The notes under the pieces were generated by a model. The model made no database searches, had not been told where the DNA came from, and saw nothing but the letters and a program-made list of their open reading frames with translations. Both the position numbers and the translations under genes were made by a program. A DNA stretch of 64,000 nucleotides from Candidatus Omnitrophota bacterium (GTDB lineage: Bacteria > Omnitrophota > Gorgyraeia > B26-G9): assembly GCA_043805415.1 (NCBI GenBank), contig JAZDHZ010000021.1, forward strand, positions 8,127 to 72,126. Reading direction: 5' to 3'. Below, piece by piece: positions 18,419 to 28,064 of this stretch. Each line of letters begins with the position of its first letter. Position 1 is the first letter of the stretch.

Positions 18419-18958
18419 ATGCTACAGTTTATTAGTAAGCTTTCGAAAAGAGAAAAACTAGTTTTATCAATATCAATAATTTTTGTTTTATTGGCGCTTC
18501 TCGATAGAGCTATATTGCACCCGATTATTGATAAAATGAAAAGCTTTGAACAGGAAATAAAAACTACTGAATATGAAATGACGAAAAATATAAAAATTCT
18601 CAATCAGAGCGCTCGGATTGAAAAAGAAGAGAAAAAATACGCGTCATATATGAAGGAATCTGGTTCGGAAGAAGAAGAAACCGCCGGATTATTACGGATT
18701 GTGGAAAACCTAGCGAGTACAACAAATGTCTATTTAGTTGATTTAAAGCCGGGAGGAGTAGAAGTATCCGGCAATTTAAAAAAATTTATTATTAATGTTA
18801 GTTGTGAAGCGCAAATGCAGCAAATTCTGAGTTTTATGTATGCGATTGAAAGCTCAGAGGTTCTTATGCATATTGCGGCATTTAGCATGAATCCTAAAGC
18901 CAAGGATTCAGATATTAATCGATGCGAGTTTCTATTAAATAAAATAGTTATCCAATAA
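18419..18958 (+). CDS. PilO/GspM-like protein
   Basis: LSKREK plus TM, coiled coil, ferredoxin-like C-terminus (F.YAIE); follows pilMN. Confidence 0.8.
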   Translation: MLQFISKLSKREKLVLSISIIFVLLALLDRAILHPIIDKMKSFEQEIKTTEYEMTKNIKILNQSARIEKEEKKYASYMKESGSEEEETAGLLRIVENLASTTNVYLVDLKPGGVEVSGNLKKFIINVSCEAQMQQILSFMYAIESSEVLMHIAAFSMNPKAKDSDINRCEFLLNKIVIQ

Positions 18959-18977
18959 CGCCATTAAGTTCATAAAA

Positions 18978-19067
18978 CAAGACACAGGACACAAGTTAGT
19001 AGAAAAGTAAAAATTAAAAACTAAAAACTAAAAAGTAAACGCTAATCGCTATCCGCTATCCGCTGTT
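18978..19067. repeat. Three consecutive degenerate 7-nt tandem arrays
   Basis: CAAGACA CAGGACA; AAAAGTA AAAATTA AAAACTA AAAACTA AAAAGTA; CGCTAAT CGCTATC CGCTATC CGCTGTT. Confidence 0.75.
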
Positions 19068-19080
19068 TTAAATCGTCTGG

Positions 19081-19109
19081 TTGCAATATAATACGCTAAA
19101 TGATATAAT
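19081..19109 (+). promoter_or_regulatory. Sigma70-type promoter upstream of pgk
   Basis: TTGCAA-N17-TATAAT with extended -10 TG. Confidence 0.7.
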
Positions 19110-19145
19110 AAATCTCTTAAATATTGAACAAGGGAGGGATAAACA

Positions 19146-20330
19146 ATGAATAAAATGACAGTTAAAGACCTTGATTTAAACAATAAAAAAGTCCTGATGA
19201 GAGTTGATTTTAATGTTCCTTTGGACGCGAATCGCGATATTACAGATGATTTAAGGATTGTATCGGCTTTGCCGACGATAAAATACTGCATAGAACAGGG
19301 CGCGGCAAAAATTATTCTTATCAGCCATTTGGGTCGGCCTAAGGGACAGGTTGTAGATAAAATGAGCTTAAAGCCCGCGGCAAAAAGCCTAGAAAAATTG
19401 CTGGGAATGCCGGTTAAAATGCTCGATGATTGTGTGGGCGAAAAAGTTAACAAAGCAGTAGCCCAGGCAAGTGAAAAAATCATATTACTGGAAAATTTAC
19501 GTTTTCACGCGGAGGAAACAAAAAATGACCCTGTTTTTGCCAAACAATTAGCTGAATTGGGTGAAGTGTTTGTTAATGATGCTTTTGGCACAGCGCATCG
19601 CGCGCACGCGTCTACCGAAGGCGTTACCCATTATTTACCAGCAGTGGCGGGATTTCTTTTGGAAAAAGAAATGGCTTATTTGGGTAAAGTAGTGGAAAAT
19701 CCGGAAAGACCGTTAGTAACAATTTTAGGCGGGGCTAAGGTTTCTGATAAAATTAAAATGATCGAGAATATGATGGATAAGGTCGATTGTTTTTTAATCG
19801 GCGGAGGCATGGCATATACTTTCTTAAAAGCTCAAGGCAAACAGATTGGAGCCTCTAAGTTAGAAGAAGATAAAATTGATTTAGCGAAAACAATTCTCCA
19901 AAAAGCAAAAGAAAAGAAGGTTGCCTTTATTTTACCGATTGATCATAAAGTAGCAGATAAGTTTGATGCTCAAGCCGCGGTACAATATGTTGGCGATGAA
20001 ATCCCGGAAGGTTGGATGGGCTTAGACATTGGACCGAAAACTATAGAACTGTTTAAACAAAAACTTAAAACAGCGAAAACAATTGTCTGGAATGGGCCTG
20101 TAGGTGTTTTTGAAATGCCGGCTTTTTCCAAAGGGACTGAGGCGCTTGCCCAGTATATCGCGACTTTATCCGCAACCAGTATTATTGGTGGAGGCGATAC
20201 TGCCAGCGCGGTAAGGCAGTTTAAGGTTGTGGATAAAATGAGTCATGTTTCAACCGGTGGAGGCGCGAGTTTGGAGCTTCTGGAAGGACTAGAATTACCA
20301 GGGATCGCGGCTTTAAAAAATAAGGAATAA
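19146..20330 (+). CDS. pgk: Phosphoglycerate kinase
   Basis: RVDFNVP, SHLGRP, LENLRF, NDAFGTAHRAHAS, WNGPVGVFE, STGGGASLE. Confidence 0.98.
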   Translation: MNKMTVKDLDLNNKKVLMRVDFNVPLDANRDITDDLRIVSALPTIKYCIEQGAAKIILISHLGRPKGQVVDKMSLKPAAKSLEKLLGMPVKMLDDCVGEKVNKAVAQASEKIILLENLRFHAEETKNDPVFAKQLAELGEVFVNDAFGTAHRAHASTEGVTHYLPAVAGFLLEKEMAYLGKVVENPERPLVTILGGAKVSDKIKMIENMMDKVDCFLIGGGMAYTFLKAQGKQIGASKLEEDKIDLAKTILQKAKEKKVAFILPIDHKVADKFDAQAAVQYVGDEIPEGWMGLDIGPKTIELFKQKLKTAKTIVWNGPVGVFEMPAFSKGTEALAQYIATLSATSIIGGGDTASAVRQFKVVDKMSHVSTGGGASLELLEGLELPGIAALKNKE

Positions 20331-20359
20331 AATTTTATTCCAGGGTATTAAATTTGAAA

Positions 20360-20803
20360 ATGAAAAAAATAGACTGTTTTGGTTTTACCTTAATGGAAGT
20401 GCTGGCAGTATTAGCAATAATTTCTTTTTTAATGGGCATGATTTTAAGCGGCGGCAATCAAGCTAATAAAAGAGCGCGGATATATAAAACCAAAGCAATG
20501 ATTGCTTCACTGGATACGGCTTTGGCTTTGTACCATACAGATTTCGGGTTCTATCCTGCCTCAGGGAATCAGAATATGGTAAATTCTTTGGCAGGGCCGG
20601 CATATGCCTCTGAGGATGACTGGCATGGGCCGTATATGTCTTTTAAAGCAGAAGATTTGAGCGGGGTTATGCCTAATGCCACGGTAATTGATCCCTGGGG
20701 AACAGATTATTCATATGCTTTAGGAACTGTTCCGGCTTATGAAATTAAGTCCTGGGGGCCAGACAAAGCAAATAATACTAGTGATGATATAAGCAGTTTG
20801 TAA
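20360..20803 (+). CDS. GspG-like pseudopilin/pilin
   Basis: G|FTLMEVLAV, WHGPY, DPWG, SWGPD..DDI. Confidence 0.88.
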   Translation: MKKIDCFGFTLMEVLAVLAIISFLMGMILSGGNQANKRARIYKTKAMIASLDTALALYHTDFGFYPASGNQNMVNSLAGPAYASEDDWHGPYMSFKAEDLSGVMPNATVIDPWGTDYSYALGTVPAYEIKSWGPDKANNTSDDISSL

Positions 20804-20910
20804 GTAAGATAAGTTTTTAATTAGGGTTGTTAACAAAAAGACCTCTCACCTATGTTTCTAGGTTCGAGGTCGTTTCGCCCTAAAAAAAGGGCTCAACGAG
20901 GAGAATTTGT

Positions 20911-21675
20911 ATGCGTAAACCGATTATCGCAGGCAACTGGAAGATGAATAAAACAATAACCGAGGCTTTAGATCTTGTGCGCCAGCTTACTATGGAGCTT
21001 AAGGATATTAAAGATGTGGACATTCTGGTTTGTCCGGTTTTCACCGCATTGCATAGTGTTAGTCAGGCGGTTGATGGCTCTAATATAAAAATGGGAGCTC
21101 AAAATTTATTGTGGGAAGAAAAAGGGGCATTTACCGGAGAAGTATCGGCTCTGATGTTAAAAGATACACATTGTGAATATGTTATCCTCGGACACTCGGA
21201 AAGACGGAGCATTTTTAAAGAAACCAATGAAAATGTAAATAAAAAAATCAAAGCCGCATTAAAAGCTGATTTATTACCGATCCTATGTGTCGGCGAAAGA
21301 CTTCAAGAACGCGAAGATAACAAAACATATGAGGTTATCGCCGATCAACTGAAAGGTTCATTAGCAGATATTAGCGCGGATGATCTTAAGAAAATAATTA
21401 TTGCCTATGAGCCTGTTTGGGCAATTGGTACAGGCAAGGTTGCGACTCCCGCGCAAGCCCAGGCTGCGCATGCTTTTATTAGAAAGCTTATATCGGAAAA
21501 TTTCGGCTCAGATACGGCTGAGAGCTTGAGAATTCAATACGGGGGAAGCGTAAACCCGGAGAATATTAAAGACTTGATTGGTCAGCCGGATATTGACGGG
21601 GCATTAGTTGGCGGAGCAAGTTTAAAAGCCGAGGATTTTATTCAATTAGTCCAAGCTTGTACAATCGAAAATTAG
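20911..21675 (+). CDS. tpiA: Triosephosphate isomerase
   Basis: AGNWKM, GHSERR, AYEPVWAIGTG, YGGSV, LVGGASL. Confidence 0.98.
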   Translation: MRKPIIAGNWKMNKTITEALDLVRQLTMELKDIKDVDILVCPVFTALHSVSQAVDGSNIKMGAQNLLWEEKGAFTGEVSALMLKDTHCEYVILGHSERRSIFKETNENVNKKIKAALKADLLPILCVGERLQEREDNKTYEVIADQLKGSLADISADDLKKIIIAYEPVWAIGTGKVATPAQAQAAHAFIRKLISENFGSDTAESLRIQYGGSVNPENIKDLIGQPDIDGALVGGASLKAEDFIQLVQACTIEN

Positions 21676-21779
21676 CTTGATTAGCCGGGTAATAAGTTAG
21701 CAAGGGATTAAACCGATTGCTAATGATAAATGGTTAAGATTATGATTAAAAATCAGTGATTTTCTCTGCTGGGGTAAAA

Positions 21780-23432
21780 ATGCTGAATAAACAAAAAATG
21801 TTAAGCGAATTTCTTGAGGCCAAAGGAATCGCTAGTTATAATCAACTTGAGCAAGCTAAGCTAATTCAACAGCGTTTGCAAAAGAGTATTGGTCATATTC
21901 TTAATGATTTAGGCGTTGTTTATGATGATAATTTATCGCAGTTAATAATAGAAGAACTCGGCCTTACTTATGTTGATAGATTAAATTACTCTTTTGAAAA
22001 AAAAGTAATGGAATTAATCAATCCTTTCTTTGCTAAACGTTTCAGAATAATCCCCCTTAAATTAGAGGCGGATAACCTCCTGGTTGCTTTAGACGAACCG
22101 ATGAATTTTTTATCTTTAGAATATTTTTCTGATACTTTAAATATTAGGGTTGAAGCAGAACTAATAACAAAAAATCAGATGGATGATTTGCTCAATACCT
22201 ATTACCAGGCTGAGGAAGATACAACTATCGCGGAAAATTATCTGCCGCCTTCGGATAATACATATAAAGAAGACGATGCTCCGGTTATTCAGTTAGTCAG
22301 TATGCTGATTTCAGATGCTTATCAAAAAAGAGCAAGTGATATACATATTGAGCCCATGTATGATTCTCTAAGAATTCGTTATCGAATTGACGGAGTGCTA
22401 AGACAAGTTCAATCCCCGGATAAAAATTTACAATCTCCAATCATTAGCAGAATAAAGTTAATGGCCGGGCTGAATATAGCTGAGAAAAGGTTGCCACAAG
22501 ATGGCAGAATTAGAACCACAGTAAATAATAAGGAATTTGATTTGAGAATTTCAACTCTTCCGGCGCATTATGGAGAGAGTGTTGTATTGCGCATACTGGA
22601 CAGAAGAGTTATTACAATTGAAGAAATGGGCTTTTCGCCAGCGCAGATACAAAGTTTTAAAAATATTGTTAAAATGCCGAATGGGATAATTCTGGTAACC
22701 GGGCCTACCGGAAGCGGGAAAAGCACAACTCTTTATGGGGTGTTAAACAGTATAAATAGATCAAAGAAAAAGATATTAACGGTTGAAGATCCGGTGGAAT
22801 ATCAGATAAACGGCATAAATCAGGTTCAGGTGAAAACGAAAATTGGATTAAGTTTTGCCCTGGTTTTAAGATCAATGCTAAGACAAGCTCCAGACATTAT
22901 CATGGTCGGAGAAATAAGAGATCTGGAAACAGCGAGAATCGCTGTGCAATCAGCGCTAACCGGGCATCTGATTTTTAGTACCCTGCATACAAATGACGCG
23001 CCAAGTGCCGTAGCGAGAATTGTGGATATGGGAATTAAGCCGTACCTTGTAGGAGCTACTTTACAAGCTGTCTTAGCTCAGAGATTGATCAGACTGCTTT
23101 GTCCGGATTGTAAACAATCGTACAAACCGCCAAAAGATGAAATTAGAATTCTGGAGATTGATCCAGACAGTGATCTTAGTATTTTTAAAGCAAAAGGATG
23201 CAATCTTTGCGCCCATACGGGTTATCTCGGACGTACTGGAATTTTTGAGCTTTTAATGGTAGATGAAAAAATTAGGCGTTTAGCTGGTGAGAATGTTTCG
23301 AGCAGTGTGATTAGAGAGCAGGCAAGAGCATCAGGAATGACTACCTTAAAAGAACATGCCAGAGATAAAGTTTTGCAGGGATTGACTACCTTTCAAGAAC
23401 TTGTTAGGGTTACGCAAAGTGATGTTGATTAA
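21780..23432 (+). CDS. PilB/GspE extension ATPase (MshEN-like N-terminus)
   Basis: SDIHIEP, GPTGSGKS, LRQAPDIIMVGEIRD, TLHTND, tetracysteine motif. Confidence 0.93.
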   Translation: MLNKQKMLSEFLEAKGIASYNQLEQAKLIQQRLQKSIGHILNDLGVVYDDNLSQLIIEELGLTYVDRLNYSFEKKVMELINPFFAKRFRIIPLKLEADNLLVALDEPMNFLSLEYFSDTLNIRVEAELITKNQMDDLLNTYYQAEEDTTIAENYLPPSDNTYKEDDAPVIQLVSMLISDAYQKRASDIHIEPMYDSLRIRYRIDGVLRQVQSPDKNLQSPIISRIKLMAGLNIAEKRLPQDGRIRTTVNNKEFDLRISTLPAHYGESVVLRILDRRVITIEEMGFSPAQIQSFKNIVKMPNGIILVTGPTGSGKSTTLYGVLNSINRSKKKILTVEDPVEYQINGINQVQVKTKIGLSFALVLRSMLRQAPDIIMVGEIRDLETARIAVQSALTGHLIFSTLHTNDAPSAVARIVDMGIKPYLVGATLQAVLAQRLIRLLCPDCKQSYKPPKDEIRILEIDPDSDLSIFKAKGCNLCAHTGYLGRTGIFELLMVDEKIRRLAGENVSSSVIREQARASGMTTLKEHARDKVLQGLTTFQELVRVTQSDVD

Positions 23433-23455
23433 AAGCAAGAGAACAGAAAAAAGAA

Positions 23456-23487
23456 GGTCACAAGGACACAAAGTCACCAGGTCACAA
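23456..23487. repeat. Degenerate 8-nt tandem array
   Basis: GGTCACAA GGACACAA AGTCACCA GGTCACAA. Confidence 0.75.
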
Positions 23488-23533
23488 GGATGGAAAGACG
23501 AAAAAGCAGAAAAGCTAAAAGCGCTTGACTGAT

Positions 23534-23657
23534 GGCAAAAATTCTCTTTGAGCGGCGCTTTCGAACGTAATTTTGACAGGGATGTCAAAATAGAGAGAAC
23601 GCGCGGCTGGGCCTGCACGATGCAGGCTCAGGCTTAGCGAAAAGACGTGTTTTTGCC
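23534..23657. other. Multi-hairpin structured intergenic element (ncRNA or MITE/REP-like)
   Basis: Outer GGCAAAAA/TTTTTGCC. Inner ATTTTGACA-GGGA-TGTCAAAAT and CTGGGCCTGCA-CGA-TGCAGGCTCAG. Confidence 0.55.
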
Positions 23658-23705
23658 TAATACACACGACGTGCGACGCAATACTTAAAAAAGGGAGGAT
23701 AAATT

Positions 23706-24770
23706 ATGGGAGATATTGGTGAATTATTACAGCTTTGTGTTAAGCATAATGCCTCAGATATGCATTTAACTGTGGGAAAGCCTCCAACGCTGCGTATTGA
23801 CGGAGCATTGATGTCTTTAAATTATGATCCGCTTGGGCATGAAGATACTGAAGCGCTGATGAAGTCAATCACAAGTAATGATAATCAAAGGCGGATTCAG
23901 GAAGTCGGCGGTGTTGATTTTGGTTTTGCTTTTGAGAAAATAGCCAGGTTTCGGGTGTCTGTTTATAAACAAAAAGGCCATTATGGTTTAACTTTGCGCT
24001 TAATCCCAACTCATTTGTTGAGTTTTCAAGAAATTGGAGTTAGTAATGTAGTCAAGCAGTTGCTCTATCGTCCTAGAGGGTTAATTCTCGTTACCGGCCC
24101 TACTGGATCGGGGAAAACCACGACTATGGCGACAATGACTGATTTTATCAATACTGAACGCGACGCGCATATCATTACTATCGAAGATCCAATTGAGTAT
24201 TATCATACGCATAAAAAAGGGATTATTACCCAGCGGGAATTAGGCGTGGATGTTCCGAGTTTTAGTGAAGCGTTGATTAAAGGCTTGCGCCAGAATCCGG
24301 ATGTAATTTTAGTTGGAGAAATGAGAGACTTGGCAACTATTGAAGCGGCAATTTTAGCCGCGGAAACAGGGCATTTGGTTATGGCTACTTTGCATACAAC
24401 CAGCGCGGCAAGAACCGTTGACCGGATAATCGATGTTTTTCCGCCCAATCAACAGGAGCAGATCCGCACCCAATTGTCGACATCAATTTTAGCGGTTATT
24501 TCTCAGCAATTAATTGTTAAAGCTTCAGGCAGGGGAAGAATCGCGGCTTTTGAAATTATGATTAATACCGCCTCAATCCAAAACCTGATAAGAGAGAAGA
24601 AAACATACCGAATAACTTCGGATTTGCAGACTGGAGCAAAGTATGGGATGCGGACATTTGATTCCTCTTTATTTGAATTGTACACAAATGGAATAATCCG
24701 CTCTGAGGACGCGATTGATAAGGCTTTTGATCAGGATGGGATGCGGGCTAAAGTTGAAGGTAAACTCTAA
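23706..24770 (+). CDS. pilT: Type IV pilus retraction ATPase PilT
   Basis: [49 protein letters not shown] (AIRNLIRE motif). Confidence 0.95.
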   Translation: MGDIGELLQLCVKHNASDMHLTVGKPPTLRIDGALMSLNYDPLGHEDTEALMKSITSNDNQRRIQEVGGVDFGFAFEKIARFRVSVYKQKGHYGLTLRLIPTHLLSFQEIGVSNVVKQLLYRPRGLILVTGPTGSGKTTTMATMTDFINTERDAHIITIEDPIEYYHTHKKGIITQRELGVDVPSFSEALIKGLRQNPDVILVGEMRDLATIEAAILAAETGHLVMATLHTTSAARTVDRIIDVFPPNQQEQIRTQLSTSILAVISQQLIVKASGRGRIAAFEIMINTASIQNLIREKKTYRITSDLQTGAKYGMRTFDSSLFELYTNGIIRSEDAIDKAFDQDGMRAKVEGKL

Positions 24771-24810
24771 AAAATATTTATGCTGAGGGTTGTTTATTCA
24801 GGAAGAAAAT

Positions 24811-26517
24811 ATGAGCAGCGGATTTAAATTTAAAACAATAGGCAATATTTTACAAGAACGCGGATTTATCAGCAAAGCTGATTTAAAAGAAGGCCTAGAG
24901 AGTCAAAAGGTAAGCGGTCTTCCTTTGGGTAAGATTCTGGTTAATCTGGGTTTTATTACAGAAGGACAATTGCTTAATGCCTTAGGCATTCAAGCTAAAC
25001 TGGAAACTGTTGATCTTGAGCAATTTTCTATTCCTTCCGAGGTTTTAGATAAAATCCCGGGTTCGATTGCTCGGCTTTATAATATTCTTCCGCTTAGTTT
25101 TGAATCAGGGGTGCTCTCAATAGCGACTTCTGATCCGTTCAATTTTAGCATAATCGACGATTTGCGTTTCATGTTTAATTATAATATTAAAGCTAAAATT
25201 GCTACGCGGATTAGTATTGCTGACGCAATCAAAAGATACTATGGATCCGATGTGGAAAGTGTTGATGAAATATTTTCTGAGATAAGTAATAATATTCCAG
25301 AGCTTATTGAAGAAGCCGCAAGAGCGGATAATATTGAAGAACTTTCCGCGCAGCTGCCGATTGTAAAATTGATTAATCTGATACTTATCCAAGCAATTAA
25401 AAAGAAAGCTTCGGATATTCATTTTGAACCTTTTCAGGATGAATTTAAAATACGCTATCGCCTAGACGGTGTGCTTTATGATATTGTTTCCCCGCCAAAA
25501 GTTTTGCATGTGGCAATCAGCTCTAGGATTAAAGTTATGGCAAATTTAAACATAGCGGAAACAAGGTTGCCTCAGGACGGAAGGACTTTAGTTAGAATTG
25601 CCGGACGCATGGTCGATATGCGAGTATCAACATTGCCGACTATTTTTGGGGAAAGTGTTGTTATTAGGATATTAGATAAAGCTACTGTTCAATTGTCGCT
25701 GGATGATTTGGGGTTTAAGGAAGATGTTAAAAATAAGATATATTCGCTGATTAAAAAACCTTATGGCATTATCTTAAGCACCGGGCCGACAGGATGCGGA
25801 AAAACAACGACTCAGTATTCAGCTTTGAGTCAGATAAATACAATTGAACAAAAAATAATTACAGTTGAAGATCCGGTGGAATTTGATTTGCCGGGTTTAA
25901 TCCAGGTTTCAGTGCGGCCTAAAATTAATTTTACATTTCCCGTAGCCTTGCGCCATATCCTTAGGCAGGATCCGGATATAATTATGGTCGGAGAAATCCG
26001 CGATACCGAGACCGTGCAAATGGCGATTCATGCTTCTTTAACCGGGCATCTTGTCTTTTCCACATTGCATACTAATGATGCTCCCAGCGCGGTAACCAGG
26101 CTTATTGATATGGGGGTTGAGCCTTTTTTAATCGCTTCCGCGGTGGAGGCAATTTTAGCGCAAAGACTTGTGCGCTGTATTTGTTTAAATTGTAAACAAG
26201 CTTATACTCCGACAAAAAAAGAGCTGGATGAAGCAGGCATTGAGCCGGAAGAAATAGAAAATAAAAAATTCTATAAAGGTATGGGGTGTGGTCAGTGTAA
26301 TAATTCAGGCTATAGAGGCAGATTGGGAGTTTTTGAGTTAATGGTGTTTGATGAGGATTTGCGTTCAATGATTCTTGATCGATCAACGGTTGGGGAATTG
26401 AGAAATCAGGCAATAAAAAATGGAATGCGGACATTAAGGAAAGACGCGTTATTAAAAGTATGCGATGGCTTAACCACCTTAGAAGAGTTGGTTAATATAA
26501 GTTCTAATTATTCATAA
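24811..26517 (+). CDS. pilB: Type IV pilus assembly ATPase PilB
   Basis: MshEN-like N-terminus, ASDIHFEP, GPTGCGKT, LRQDPDIIMVGEIRD. Confidence 0.93.
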   Translation: MSSGFKFKTIGNILQERGFISKADLKEGLESQKVSGLPLGKILVNLGFITEGQLLNALGIQAKLETVDLEQFSIPSEVLDKIPGSIARLYNILPLSFESGVLSIATSDPFNFSIIDDLRFMFNYNIKAKIATRISIADAIKRYYGSDVESVDEIFSEISNNIPELIEEAARADNIEELSAQLPIVKLINLILIQAIKKKASDIHFEPFQDEFKIRYRLDGVLYDIVSPPKVLHVAISSRIKVMANLNIAETRLPQDGRTLVRIAGRMVDMRVSTLPTIFGESVVIRILDKATVQLSLDDLGFKEDVKNKIYSLIKKPYGIILSTGPTGCGKTTTQYSALSQINTIEQKIITVEDPVEFDLPGLIQVSVRPKINFTFPVALRHILRQDPDIIMVGEIRDTETVQMAIHASLTGHLVFSTLHTNDAPSAVTRLIDMGVEPFLIASAVEAILAQRLVRCICLNCKQAYTPTKKELDEAGIEPEEIENKKFYKGMGCGQCNNSGYRGRLGVFELMVFDEDLRSMILDRSTVGELRNQAIKNGMRTLRKDALLKVCDGLTTLEELVNISSNYS

Positions 26518-26551
26518 TAAAACATATAACCAAAAATAGAAAACAATCAAA

Positions 26552-27793
26552 ATGGAAAAATTCAATTATGTGGCTGTAAGCAAAGATGGTGCTGATATTA
26601 AGGGAACGGTTGAAGCCATTAATTTAAATGACGCTTTGACTAAAATCAAGGGAAAGGGATATTTTCCCTCGGAAGTTGTGGCGGCGCACTTAAGCACTAA
26701 AAAATCTTTCTTAGCGGCTCTGATTAAAAAGTTGAGTTTTTTCAGGCTGGCGGACGCGAAAATAAAAGACATTGATCTGGTTATTTTTACCCGCCAGCTT
26801 TCCGTTCTCCTTGATGCCGGGCTATCTTTGGTGCGGGGTCTTCATACATTAAAAAAACAATCACGGTTTAAAGCAATGAATGCGGTTATTGCCGATGTTG
26901 TTGATATGATAGAGTCAGGCCGGGCATTTAGTGATGCTTTGGCGCATTATCCAGATACTTTTTCAAAAGTATATATCAATATTGTTAAAGCTGGAGAAAC
27001 CGGAGGGGCAATGGATCAGGTTCTTCGGCGGTTAGCTGATTTTTTAGAAAGAAATTTAAGATTAAAACAAAGGATTCAGGCAGCATTGATTTATCCCAGT
27101 CTTGTTCTTGCGGTATCACTTACAATTTTAATCCTTATCCTTGTTTTTGTAATTCCGCGATTTATGGAAATGTTTCAAGATACAGGAGTGGCTTTGCCTT
27201 TTTTAACTTTATGTATAATGTCTTTCAGTAATTTTCTATTAACTAAATGGTATGTGTTTTTTGCTGTGATAATTTTGTTTATAGGGTGCTATAAAATGTT
27301 ACTATATAATTCTAAGTTTCGTAATTATATTGATAATTTAAAGTTAAATATTCCGGTTTTAGGAGGATTAACCCAAAAGGTCATTGCGGCGCGATTTTCC
27401 CGGACTCTTTCAACCCTGCTTTCTGGGGGGGTTCCGATATTGAGAGCTTTAGAGTTAACCAAGGAAGTAAGCGGTAATGAGGTTGTCGCAAAAGCCATTG
27501 CTAATGTTGCGGAGCATGTTAAAGAAGGCGGTTTTATTTCCAAGGTACTTGAAAATAACCCGGCTTTTCCCCAGCTAATGATAAATATGATTGCAGTTGG
27601 CGAAGAGAGCGGGGCATTAGATAAGATGCTGGCTAAAGTCGCTGACACCTATGAAGAAGAAGTTGATGTTACGGCTAATACTTTAACATCGCTTTTAGAG
27701 CCTTTTCTTGTTATTGTTATGGGTGGGTTTGTTTTTATAATTGTTTTGGCAATGTTTTTGCCTTTATTGACCTTAATCCAGTCTTTAACTTAA
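26552..27793 (+). CDS. pilC: Type IV pilus platform protein PilC/GspF
   Basis: FTRQLSVLLDAGL, AGETGG, ALIYP, GEESGAL, LLEP. Confidence 0.95.
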   Translation: MEKFNYVAVSKDGADIKGTVEAINLNDALTKIKGKGYFPSEVVAAHLSTKKSFLAALIKKLSFFRLADAKIKDIDLVIFTRQLSVLLDAGLSLVRGLHTLKKQSRFKAMNAVIADVVDMIESGRAFSDALAHYPDTFSKVYINIVKAGETGGAMDQVLRRLADFLERNLRLKQRIQAALIYPSLVLAVSLTILILILVFVIPRFMEMFQDTGVALPFLTLCIMSFSNFLLTKWYVFFAVIILFIGCYKMLLYNSKFRNYIDNLKLNIPVLGGLTQKVIAARFSRTLSTLLSGGVPILRALELTKEVSGNEVVAKAIANVAEHVKEGGFISKVLENNPAFPQLMINMIAVGEESGALDKMLAKVADTYEEEVDVTANTLTSLLEPFLVIVMGGFVFIIVLAMFLPLLTLIQSLT

Positions 27794-28064
27794 TGCAAAT
27801 AATTGAGTTGCATTATTGTTCGACAAAATTTTAGTCTAATTATGCTGAAATTTGCCGATTGAGTATTGACAAACCTTTATAAATATGATATATATATGAC
27901 ATATATGATAGTTAGAATTGTTTTATAGTCATTTTAAAGACAAACATCTTCCCTTTAAAAAAGCCTTTTCAAAGGAATGAATTGGTGACCTATGGGTATT
28001 GAAAAGATCTTAATATCTTGCCTGGTTAAATCACAAAATGGATGTATAATATTTAGGTTGATTC

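Noticed and set aside
18978-19067. Short tandem arrays as CRISPR
   Set aside because: Units are 7-8 nt with no unique spacers, and there are no cas genes in the window.
21780-25000. MshEN c-di-GMP receptors on the two PilB proteins
   Set aside because: The fold pattern is present but the RLG arginines are replaced (MLS/SIG, TIG/PLG), so binding cannot be claimed.
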